From: Vicinamibacterales bacterium
GTDB taxonomy: Bacteria; Acidobacteriota; Vicinamibacteria; Vicinamibacterales; JAMQPK01
Length of the DNA stretch: 64,000 nt
Direction: 5' to 3'
NCBI GenBank assembly: GCA_963850725.1
Contig: CAWKMQ010000031.1
Location: forward strand, 4,221-68,220
The notes beneath the pieces are model-generated. The model saw only the letters and a program-made list of their open reading frames with translations. It had not been told where the DNA came from and ran no database searches. Positions 1-8,297 of this stretch are shown piece after piece. Within the stretch, counting starts at the first letter, position 1; each line of letters begins with the position of its first letter. The position numbers and the translations under genes are program-made.

Positions 1-915
1 CCGGCGCGCTTTTTCTGGTGACGGGCCGCTACAAGCCGGTCGAAGTCGGATCCACGCTGATGGTGGCGATGTTCACGCTCAGCACGATCGTCGCCATGAT
101 CGCGCTGCAGTGGACGCCCTATCGGGTCTCGTCGGCCGAGATTGCCGAAGGGCTTCGGTTCAATCTGCCGCCTCGTTCACAGTGGCGTTCGCGGCATTCG
201 GCATTACCGGCGTCGGCGCGTCCGAGCTCGATCTACTACCCGTACTGGTGCCTGGAAAAAGGCTACGCGAGGCACGTCGGTGCCCGAGACGACTCTCCGG
301 CATGGCGTGCGCGTCTTGCTGGATGGCTCCGGGTGCTTCATACCGACGCGGGACTGTCGCTGGTGATCTACACCGGCGCCACGCTGGCGTTCTACATTCT
401 GGGTGCCGCCGTTCTGCATGGCCAGGGCATGCAGGTGACCGATCGCGAGCTGATCGAGACCCTCAGGCAGATGTACGAGCAGACGCTCGGCGCGACAGGC
501 GCCTGGATATTCCTCGTCGGCGCGTTTGCCGTTCTCTACTCGACCTTCTTTGTCGCCACGGCGTCGAACGCGCGTCTGTTCGCCGACGCCGCGCAGCTCT
601 TCGGTCTGACGCGCTATCGCGATGACGCCGCTCGACTGCGCATGGTACGGGCGGCGTGCGTCGGCCTGCCCATCGCTCTGCGCGGCCGTCTACTTTCTGT
701 TTCCACAACCCGTCGTGCTGGTTCTGATTGGCGCGATCGGCCAGGGCCTGATGCTGCCGTTTCTCGGCGGTGCCACGCTGTATTTCCACCACACACGCCT
801 GGCCGGCGTCATCGAAAGCAGCACCATGTGGGCGGTCTGCCTCTGGCTGGCCGCTCTCTCGATGATGCTCGCCGGCGGCTATCAGCTGGTACAGACGCTT
901 CGGCCGCTGTTATGA
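1..915 (+). pseudogene. Nramp-family divalent metal transporter, C-terminal part (5' end outside window); reading frame changes at least 3 times
   Basis: TM-rich translation. Motifs FGITGVGASEL and IYYPYWCLEKGYA sit in different frames (ORFs 18.., 110..625, 622..915), with switches near 170, 235 and 660. The stop overlaps the next start (ATGA at 912-915). Confidence 0.55.
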
Positions 916-1868
916 AAGAACCCGGGCTGGAGGATATCTACCGTGCCCGCGCGGCGCTGACGGGCCTCGTGTCGCCGACGCCGCTCATGCGTCATCCGCT
1001 GCTCGCCGCGGAGACCGGCCTCGACATCTACGTCAAACACGAAAATCACAATCCCACGGCGGCCTTCAAGATTCGTGGAGGGCTCAACCTGATTGGCTCG
1101 CTCACCGCCGACGAGCGCCGTCGCGGCGTGATTACGGCCAGCACGGGCAATCACGGCCAGTCGATCGCCTTCGCCTCGGAACGTCTGGGCGTCTCGTGCA
1201 TCGTCGCCGTTCCGCATGGCAACAACCCCGAGAAGAACGCGAAGATTCGGGCGTTCGGCGCCACGGTGGTCGAACATGGCAACGACTTCGACGACGCGCG
1301 CGAGTGGGTGGAGCGAGAGGCGGAAGGGACCGGACGCCGCTACGTGCACTCGGCGAACGAGCCGATGCTCATCGCGGGAGTCGGCACCTACGCCCTCGAG
1401 ATTTTCGACGCGCTTCCGGATCCTGACGTCATTCTCGTGCCGATCGGCGGCGGCAGCGGCGCCTGCGGCTGCTGCATCGTGCGAACGGGCCTCGGCAAGG
1501 CCACGCGCGTCATCGGCGTGCAGGCGCTCGAAGCGGACGCCTTCGCGCGCTCATGGCGCGGACCCGAGCGCGTCTCGGCGGACCGCATCGGCACCTTTGC
1601 CGAGGGCCTGGCGACGCGTTACACGTTCGATCTCACCTTCGGCATTCTCAAGCGCGAGCTCGACGACATCGTGACGCTGACCGAAGCAGAGCTGGAGGAA
1701 GGCGTCCGGCTGGCGATGCGCGCGACGCAGAATCTCGCCGAGGGCGCCGGCGCGGCGTCTTTGATGGCCGCCGTGAAGATGCGCGATCAACTTTCCGGCA
1801 GAAAGATCGTGTGCGTGATGAGCGGCGGCAACCTGAGCATGTCCGCGTTACGGCGCATCATCGCTTGA
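912..1868 (+). CDS. PLP-dependent threonine/serine dehydratase (threonine ammonia-lyase family)
   Basis: In-frame ATG at 912 inside ORF 18..1868. Motifs HENHNPTAAFKIRGG, TASTGNHGQS and PIGGGSGACG are typical of the fold-type II PLP dehydratase family. About 318 aa. Confidence 0.9.
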   Translation: MKEPGLEDIYRARAALTGLVSPTPLMRHPLLAAETGLDIYVKHENHNPTAAFKIRGGLNLIGSLTADERRRGVITASTGNHGQSIAFASERLGVSCIVAVPHGNNPEKNAKIRAFGATVVEHGNDFDDAREWVEREAEGTGRRYVHSANEPMLIAGVGTYALEIFDALPDPDVILVPIGGGSGACGCCIVRTGLGKATRVIGVQALEADAFARSWRGPERVSADRIGTFAEGLATRYTFDLTFGILKRELDDIVTLTEAELEEGVRLAMRATQNLAEGAGAASLMAAVKMRDQLSGRKIVCVMSGGNLSMSALRRIIA

Positions 1869-1875
1869 CGAGTCT

Positions 1876-2130
1876 TCAGTAACGTTCTTGCGCCGCTGCG
1901 TGCGGCCCGTCGCTCCAGTTCCAGCCAGGAGATGTCCATCCGCACCGATCGCACGTGAGCGCCAGCGTTGCGGAGCCCAGCTTGAGATCCTGACGATGAC
2001 CCACCAGGGAGCACAAGGCATGTTTGCAGAGACTCCAGGACCGGGAAAAGATGCCGTCCCGGTAAAGAATTCCGTCCTGGAAAATAATTCCGTGCGTGTC
2101 GGGCGCCAGGCTTCGCGTTTCCATAATCAT
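1876..2130 (-). CDS. hypothetical small protein (84 aa, four Cys)
   Basis: ORF with a GAGGTG Shine-Dalgarno-like motif 5 nt upstream of the ATG. It lies in a patch of visibly lower GC. No family recognised. Confidence 0.35.
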   Translation of the reverse strand: MIMETRSLAPDTHGIIFQDGILYRDGIFSRSWSLCKHALCSLVGHRQDLKLGSATLALTCDRCGWTSPGWNWSDGPHAAAQERY

Positions 2131-2231
2131 TGGAGCACCTCATTTGGGGGGTTCAGTGCAACAGAGCAAACCGCGGACCACTCTCGCACTCCGGAGACCC
2201 TTAAGGTCTGTCCCTAAATGGAGCACACCAC

Positions 2232-3061
2232 TTACCCGATGATCGAGACCATCCGCAACACATGCAGACCGAGAACGCGATCGCCGTTCACCGTTGTCTC
2301 GGCCGCGGCGCGATCGCGATCGATTCCCTTCGTGAAGATGCGCCAGGCAATGTCCTGTGGAATCGTCACGTCAGAGACTTGCCGCCCGCGAGGCGATTCG
2401 ATCAAGACGCCACCGATCGTCGTCGCGAGAGAGATACCAGCTCCCGCCACAATCTCCCGACACGTTGATTCGCAGGTACGTGCCAGCTTCCCCTTGCTGA
2501 TCCCGGTATTGGTACGGCAGCGCACGCATGAAGCAGTCGAGCACCGGATGGTAGAGCTCGGGCGTCATGATGCCGGGCCTGCTGGTCGCAAGCCGGATCT
2601 GCTGCTGGTGATGCCAGCGTTCGGTCAGCTCGCGGGCGGTGTCGAACCAGTTCGGTGACGTCTCGTCGCCGGCCCAGCTCACGGCGAAACCCGCGTCGGC
2701 CATCGGATCGAGCGACTGATGGAACGCGGCGCTCTCTCGCGATGCGACGTCCATCAGCGAAATCAGCACCGGTGGGCTCAACCGGCGGTACATCTCGACG
2801 CCTTCCCGGTTGAGCCGGTTGACGAACGCGACCAGATCCTCGGGCGATCGAATCTGCGGCGGCGGGCCTGGCATGTGCCCATCGCGGACCCGTGAAAGCT
2901 TGCGCAATTGTGTGTCGAGCAGATGACGCGGCCACGTCTCTGACCTTCCAGGCAGGCGCGACCGTCTGCGCCTCCCAGTCAGCCGGCGTGAGCGATCGCA
3001 GCAGCTCAATCAAGCGCGCGTCGACGGGCTCGAGAAGATGGGAAACAAGGATAGGTTTCAC
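2232..3061 (-). pseudogene. DinB / maleylpyruvate isomerase N-terminal domain family protein, two frame changes
   Basis: The N-terminus MKPILVSHLLEPVDARLIELLRSLTPADW (frame of 2402..3061), the middle (2371..3009) and the C-terminus ...VNGDRVLGLHVLRMVSIIG (2232..2525) join into one protein. Switches near 2930 and 2420. GTG start at 3061. Confidence 0.7.
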
Positions 3062-3064
3062 AAT

Positions 3065-3256
3065 GGTTCGTCGGGTTCGTAGAGTTCGTTAGGTTCGTTA
3101 AGTTCGTTCGGTTCGTAGGGTTCGTGTAGTTCGTCGGTTCGTCAGTTCGTGAGGTTCGGCAGGTGCGGAAAGTTCGCACCCTCGGGGTGAATCTGACGAA
3201 CCCACGAACCTGACGAACCTGACGAACTCTACGAACTTTACGAACCCACGAACCCT
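3065..3256. repeat. Inverted short-unit arrays: about 12 units of GTTCGTNNN (3065-3160), apical hairpin GGTGCG-N7-CGCACC (3162-3180), about 7 units of NNNACGAAC (3194-3256)
   Basis: Read directly. Unit length is 8-9 nt with a constant 6-nt core. The two arms are reverse complements of each other. Confidence 0.9.
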
Positions 3257-3268
3257 GTAGGTTTTTAT

Positions 3269-4880
3269 TTAAAACGCTTCCCCGATTCCGATGTTGATCC
3301 GCCAGCGATGATCCTGCGGCTGCCCGTCGATTCTGAGCCCGTCCAGCGGCTTGATCTGATAGCCGAAATCGACACGAATCAGTCCAAACGGCGTGTGCAG
3401 CCTGACGCCGGGCCCGGCATCGTAGAGGAGTTTGTCGAAATGCACGGCCCAGGGATCCTCCCACACATTGCCGGCCTCGACGAACAGGGCACCGGACAGG
3501 CGCGGAAGCAGGCGGAAACGCATCTCGCCTGTCGCCGTCATCATGCCTTTCCCGCCAACCGGCTCGCCCGACGCGGACAACGGGCTGACCTCGTAGACGC
3601 CCCATCCGCGCATCTCGGTCGAGCCGCCGAGAAAAAATCGCTTCAGCAGCGGAATGTCGGCATCGGAGCCGGCCGGATCGATCGCGCCGTAACGGAGGCG
3701 GCCGGCGAACACGAGACGATCGCCCACGGGTGCGGTAGTAGCGGCGCACGTCGCCGATCAGATTGAAGTAGTTGAACGTGCCGGGCATCCAGCCACCCGC
3801 CTGCTCGACGTGCAGCGACGCGCTCTGCACCGGCGGCAGATCCATGCTCGCGACCAGGGACGCCCCGCCAGGATCGGGCGGCGCGATGTGGTGATCGAGA
3901 TCGATCGACCAGGCGCTCAGCATGCCGTCCTGCAATCCCACCAGCGCATCGAGATCGGGGTCGACGTCGCTGCGTTCGAGCGCGACCGCGTATGAGAAGG
4001 TCGTGGCGAGCGACCGCATCCATTGCCACCCGACAGAGGCCTGGCCACCGCGCGACATCACGAGAAACGAGCCTTCGTCGATTTCCTGCTGACGCGCCTG
4101 CAGCCCCAGCGACAGCTTCGGATGCCACGCCTCGGTCTGCGTAAACGCCACCTCACCGGTCTGCTCGATGTGCGAGATGCGGCCCTGCAGATCGAGCCGC
4201 CGGGCGGCTCCCAGAAAGTTCAGATTGCTGATCCGTCCGTCCAGACCGAGCCGCTCGCCCGCCGCGTAGCTCATCGACAGATTCCACTGCCACGGGTTCT
4301 GCTCTTCCACCGTGATCAGCGTCGGCACTTCCGCCGGCTGATTGTCGATGTCGTGCGCTCGAATCTCGACCGACTTGAACAGGCCGAGCGTGCCGATCCG
4401 CTGCTGAGTTCTCTCAATCGCGCTGCGGCGAAACAGGTCGCCAGGCGCGTAGGCCACCCGCCTTCGAATGATGGCATCGTCGATGCGCCGATTGCCCGCG
4501 ATGTCGATGCGCCCGAAATACCCGAGCGTGCCCGGCTGCGCGCGCATGACGATGCGTGAGTGTGTCGCGTCGATGGGCTCGCGCGCGAGGCTGACCTGGC
4601 CGTATGGATAGCCGGAGTTCTGCAGGATCTCGACAGCCCGCTCGCCCGCGGTCTGTTCGAGCTTGTCGGTCAGCGTGTCGCCGGCGCGAATCGGCAGCTC
4701 GCGCTCGAGATTCTCGCGTGTCGCGGCGGGCAGGACATCGAATCCCTCCAGGCGAACGCTTTCGACCGCCACGGGCGGGGCCGCGCCGACATTCGGCGGA
4801 GCGTGACGGCAGGCGGCAAGGGACGAAGCGGCGATGGCCAGCGCACACACGCGCCAGACGCGCATGAACCGAGCGTACAC
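3269..4880 (-). CDS. BamA/TamA-family outer membrane protein (POTRA plus surface antigen D15 barrel), one frame change near 3730
   Basis: The N-terminal 380 aa come from ORF 3006..4880 (signal/lipobox-like LAAC, POTRA-like region). The C-terminal barrel comes from ORF 3269..3727 and ends in ...INIGIGEAF. An alternative ATG start lies at 4865. Confidence 0.8.
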
Positions 4881-4918
4881 AAAAAAAGAGGGCGGGTCTA
4901 AAGAACAAGACCCGCCCT
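4881..4918 (-). terminator. Rho-independent terminator downstream of the DUF1552 gene
   Basis: On the minus strand: AGGGCGGGTC, a 10-nt loop, GACCCGCCCT, then T7 (A-run 4881-4887 on plus). Confidence 0.7.
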
Positions 4919-4958
4919 ACGCTACTATTCCTACTACCTTCTACTTTCTACTTACCAG
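4917..4958 (-). repeat. GTAG-rich short-unit array (GTAGAAA/GTAGAAG/GTAGTAG) between the stop codon and the terminator hairpin
   Basis: Minus strand reads ggtaaGTAGAAAGTAGAAGGTAGTAGgaataGTAGcGTAG. The same array-plus-GGGCGGGTC-hairpin module recurs at 37553-37620. Confidence 0.8.
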
Positions 4959-4960
4959 AT

Positions 4961-6250
4961 CTACACCAATTCGTGCATCTTCTCTTCCGCCGTCGGGAAG
5001 TCTTTGCCGAGCCTGGTCTTGAGCACTTCCTCGACAAGCGTCAGGTAGACGTCGCCGACGCTGTTGTGCGTCTTCGTGTGCGTGTTGCCCTTGATGCCGC
5101 CGCCCGCCACGAGCATCGCCAGCCCGTTGCACTTGTGCGGATCGGCTTCCGCGTGCTCGTGCACGAACACCGTCGCGGTGTTGTCGAGCAGGTTGCCATC
5201 GCCTTCGGGCACGGCCCTCAGGCCTTCGAGCAGATACGCGTACTCCTCGACGAACCACCGGCAGATGTCGCGCATGATGCGCTGCTGCGCCGGCGTGCCC
5301 GCGTTGGTGTGGGTGTAATCGTGATGCCGGTTGTCCGAGTGTCCGAGCCACGGGAATCGCGTCAGGCTCTGGCACTTGGTCAACATGTACGACGCCACGC
5401 GAGTCTGGCCCGACGCGAACGCGTGAATCAGCAGGTCGGACTGAATCTTCGCGATCTTCGGATAGTCGGTGAGATCGGTGATGTCCTCGGGTTCCTTGAT
5501 CTGCTGGCCGTAGTCGGGCGGCAGGCTGGCAATGGCGCGCTCGAGATCGCGCACCGACGTCAGGTGCTGGTCGAGCCGCTGCTGATCGGCGGCGCCGAGC
5601 ACCGGCTTCAGCGCGTTCACATCGCCGCTGACGAGATCGAGCACGCTCTTCTTGCGATTCACCCAGCCCTCGTCCCTGACGCCGAACAAGCGGTCGAACA
5701 GGTTGTGAGGGATATGTTCCTGAGGCAGCGCGCGCTCGTAGCCCGCCCACGTCATGTTGCGATGGACGTTTTCGCCGTGCGATTCCTGCGCGACGCCGAT
5801 CTGCAGCGAGCGGAAACGGGTCTTCGTCCCGATCTTGCCGGCGAGGATCTGATCGATGGACGGTCCCGCGGCGCCACGGCCCGTGTAGGCGGTGCCGGTC
5901 ATGAGGCCGCACAGCGCGCTGAAGTGCCCGTTGCCCTGACCGTTGAGGCGGGCGGCGACGTTATCGACGCCGCTGAGCACGTGCACGTATTCGCGCACGC
6001 GGCCGAGTGGCGAGAGGCACGCCGTCAGCTCGTAGTTCTCTCCCGTCTCGCGGGGAATCCAGTAGCGCTCGGGGATGCCGTTGCCGTTCCACCAGATCAG
6101 GAAACGCTTGTCGATGGCGGCCGTCTTCCCCAGTTCGGCCGCGTAGGCCGTGCCGTTCATGTTGAACATGGCCGCGAGCGGCGGAAGCCCAACCTGGACC
6201 GCCGCGCCGGTCATGCTGATGCCTCTAAGGAACGTGCGTCTACTGAGCAT
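4961..6250 (-). CDS. DUF1552 domain-containing protein (Tat-type signal)
   Basis: Intact 429-aa ORF. N-terminal RRTFLRG twin-arginine motif. GGAGG Shine-Dalgarno 5 nt upstream. Classic partner of the DUF1592-type protein immediately upstream. Confidence 0.9.
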   Translation of the reverse strand: MLSRRTFLRGISMTGAAVQVGLPPLAAMFNMNGTAYAAELGKTAAIDKRFLIWWNGNGIPERYWIPRETGENYELTACLSPLGRVREYVHVLSGVDNVAARLNGQGNGHFSALCGLMTGTAYTGRGAAGPSIDQILAGKIGTKTRFRSLQIGVAQESHGENVHRNMTWAGYERALPQEHIPHNLFDRLFGVRDEGWVNRKKSVLDLVSGDVNALKPVLGAADQQRLDQHLTSVRDLERAIASLPPDYGQQIKEPEDITDLTDYPKIAKIQSDLLIHAFASGQTRVASYMLTKCQSLTRFPWLGHSDNRHHDYTHTNAGTPAQQRIMRDICRWFVEEYAYLLEGLRAVPEGDGNLLDNTATVFVHEHAEADPHKCNGLAMLVAGGGIKGNTHTKTHNSVGDVYLTLVEEVLKTRLGKDFPTAEEKMHELV

Positions 6251-6263
6251 ACCTGCCTCCGAA

Positions 6264-6283
6264 GGCTCGGCTGAAGCCGAGCC
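6264..6283 (-). repeat. REP-like GCTGAAGC-core hairpin, intercistronic
   Basis: GGCTCGGC-TGAA-GCCGAGCC lies between the DUF1592 stop (6284-6286) and the GGAGG Shine-Dalgarno (6256-6260) of the DUF1552 gene. Confidence 0.7.
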
Positions 6284-8296
6284 CTACCTGGTTGTCCATT
6301 GTCTCAGGAATTCGGGCGATTGCACCAGCGCAACCAGCAGGCTCTTGAACTTGAACCCCGAGCCCTTGAACTGGTCGTACAACTGATCGATGGTCTTCTC
6401 GTCGGCGTTGGTTTCGAGCCTTCCATAGGAGTATCGGAACATCTGCCGCACGATGCATTTCTGACACACAGGGCTGTCGGCCAGAATGCCGCCTATCTGC
6501 TTCGCCCCTGAGAAGCCCGAGTCCGGGATCCCCGCGATCTCTCCCTGCGCGTTGATATCCACCTGAATCGGCGGAGGACCGCCCCGGCCCCCGCCACCAC
6601 CGCCGCGCCGTCCGGGCACCGGAATCGCTTCCGTTTGACGGTACCGCCCGATCGCGTCGAAGTGCTCGAAGCCAAAGCCGATCGGATCCATCAGCCGATG
6701 GCACGACGCGCAGGTCGCATTCTCGACGTGTTCGACCATCAGTTGCCGGCGGCCTTTCGCGGGCCCATCCGTGAGCGGATCCGGCAGCGTCGTGATGACA
6801 CCGGGGGGCGGCGGCGGCACGTGCTGGCACAACAGGCGCTCGCGGATGAAGATGCCGCGGGCCGTCGGCGACGTGTCGGTCGGTCCGGCGGTCGACGCCA
6901 GGAATGTGCCCTGTCCGAGAATGCCCGCACGCTGCGAGTCGGATGGGAACTTCACCATCTCGAACTGATCTTTCGGTGCAGGCACGCCGTAGATCTCGGC
7001 AAGCTCCGACGTCAGGAAGCTGTAATCGGCCGTCAACGCTTCCATGAAATTGCGGTCGTTCCACACCAGGTGGTGCAGCATCGTGCGCGTCTCTTCGGCC
7101 ATCGCCAGCGCCAGCTCGGGCGTGAACTCACGATAGCGGCCCGACTTCACGGCATTGACGACGCGATCGAAGCGCAGCCATTCTTCGAAGAACTGATCGA
7201 GCGCCTGACGGCCCTTCGGCACGTTCTCGATGAGACGCCGCGCCGCGCGCTCGCGTCCCGCCGGCGTGCTCAACTCGCCCTTGGCCGCTGCTTCGAACAG
7301 CGCCTCGTCGGGCATCGTGTTCCACAACAGGTACGACAGCCGGCTGGCGATGTCGTAGTCCGCGTAGCGGCCGTCGAGGCCCGCTTCGACGTGGAAGAGG
7401 AAGTTCGGCGACTGCAGCATCGCCTCGACCACGACACGCGCACCGTCGTTGAAGCGCTTGCCCACACCCGCCTGCTGGGCAAACACCGCCGAGTACCGCT
7501 TCACTTCGTCGTCGCTCAGCGGACGCCGGAATGCGCGCAATCCGAAACGGCGGACGAACGCGTCGCGGCACTTCGCGTCGCTGAACGAGGCCGGCTTGCA
7601 TGGAATCAGCCCGTTGACGTCGCCGATGCGGAACGCGTTCAGCGCGAGCTTCTCGGCCGACGTGCTGTAGGTCTCGACGAGCAGCGGCGGCATGCCCTGC
7701 CCGGTCAGCTGATTCTTGAAGCCGTCGACGTAATCCTCCGGCGGAAATCGCTCGGCCGGGCGGCTGTAGTCGCCGAGCAGATCGCGCACGGTGTTGTCGT
7801 ACTGCGAGTGCGTCAGCCGCCGGACGAGCTGTTTCGGCGCCGACTCTCCCTCGCTCTCCAGCAGCTTCTTGGTGATGGCCGCGAGCGCGACGTCCGATGT
7901 GGAGGCCAACGAGACGGCCCATTTCGACACGATTTGTTCTTCGGGCGATCCGGGCTTGATGCGAACGCCACCGGTATGCCGAATCGTGTTGGTCGGCTTG
8001 GCCAGAATCAGCGACTGCGACGGGTTGGAGCGATCGACGAGGGCCGCGAGCGAGAGGCCGAACGCCTGAACCTCGGCTGCCGGCGCGTCCTTGTCGGGAA
8101 AATGCAGCCGCGTGGCCGATGCCACACCAGACGAGGTATGGCACCCGCTGCATTTCGCGGCCTCGAACACCGGCATCACCTGGGTTTGAAAGAAGACGGG
8201 ATCCGGCGCGGCGCCCTGCGCCTGCGGGTGCGGAGCGGTGACGAGGAGCCCGATGAGAATGGCGGCGAGCGAGAGACCCGCGATGCGGAATGTCAT
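6284..8296 (-). CDS. DUF1592/DUF1588/DUF1587/DUF1585/DUF1595-type protein with N-terminal cytochrome-c-like CxxCH
   Basis: Intact 670-aa ORF. Signal peptide, CSGCH near the N-terminus, a second CASCH. Architecture typical of the Planctomycete-type PSCyt-like family paired with DUF1552. Confidence 0.85.
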   Translation of the reverse strand: MTFRIAGLSLAAILIGLLVTAPHPQAQGAAPDPVFFQTQVMPVFEAAKCSGCHTSSGVASATRLHFPDKDAPAAEVQAFGLSLAALVDRSNPSQSLILAKPTNTIRHTGGVRIKPGSPEEQIVSKWAVSLASTSDVALAAITKKLLESEGESAPKQLVRRLTHSQYDNTVRDLLGDYSRPAERFPPEDYVDGFKNQLTGQGMPPLLVETYSTSAEKLALNAFRIGDVNGLIPCKPASFSDAKCRDAFVRRFGLRAFRRPLSDDEVKRYSAVFAQQAGVGKRFNDGARVVVEAMLQSPNFLFHVEAGLDGRYADYDIASRLSYLLWNTMPDEALFEAAAKGELSTPAGRERAARRLIENVPKGRQALDQFFEEWLRFDRVVNAVKSGRYREFTPELALAMAEETRTMLHHLVWNDRNFMEALTADYSFLTSELAEIYGVPAPKDQFEMVKFPSDSQRAGILGQGTFLASTAGPTDTSPTARGIFIRERLLCQHVPPPPPGVITTLPDPLTDGPAKGRRQLMVEHVENATCASCHRLMDPIGFGFEHFDAIGRYRQTEAIPVPGRRGGGGGGRGGPPPIQVDINAQGEIAGIPDSGFSGAKQIGGILADSPVCQKCIVRQMFRYSYGRLETNADEKTIDQLYDQFKGSGFKFKSLLVALVQSPEFLRQWTTR

Positions 8297-8297
8297 G

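Noticed and set aside
18-1868. A single 616-aa ORF spanning the transporter and the dehydratase.
   Set aside because: It is a read-through artefact. The transporter finishes in another frame at 915, and the dehydratase has its own ATG at 912 (ATGA overlap). The middle of the long ORF translates as Arg-rich nonsense.
3065-3256. Could the short-unit arrays be CRISPR arrays?
   Set aside because: The units are 8-9 nt with no alternation of fixed repeats (typically 24-48 nt) and unique spacers. There are no cas genes in the window.
3006-3268. Peptides encoded by the arrays (VRRVRRVR..., EPTNYTNPTNRTNLTNLTN..., VRGFVRFVGFVGF...) as possible repeat proteins, given the roughly 9-nt (3-codon) period.
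   Set aside because: Interspersed 8- and 10-nt units break every frame. No start codon or Shine-Dalgarno is present. The apparent translations exist only as tails of ORFs that belong to neighbouring genes or shadow frames.
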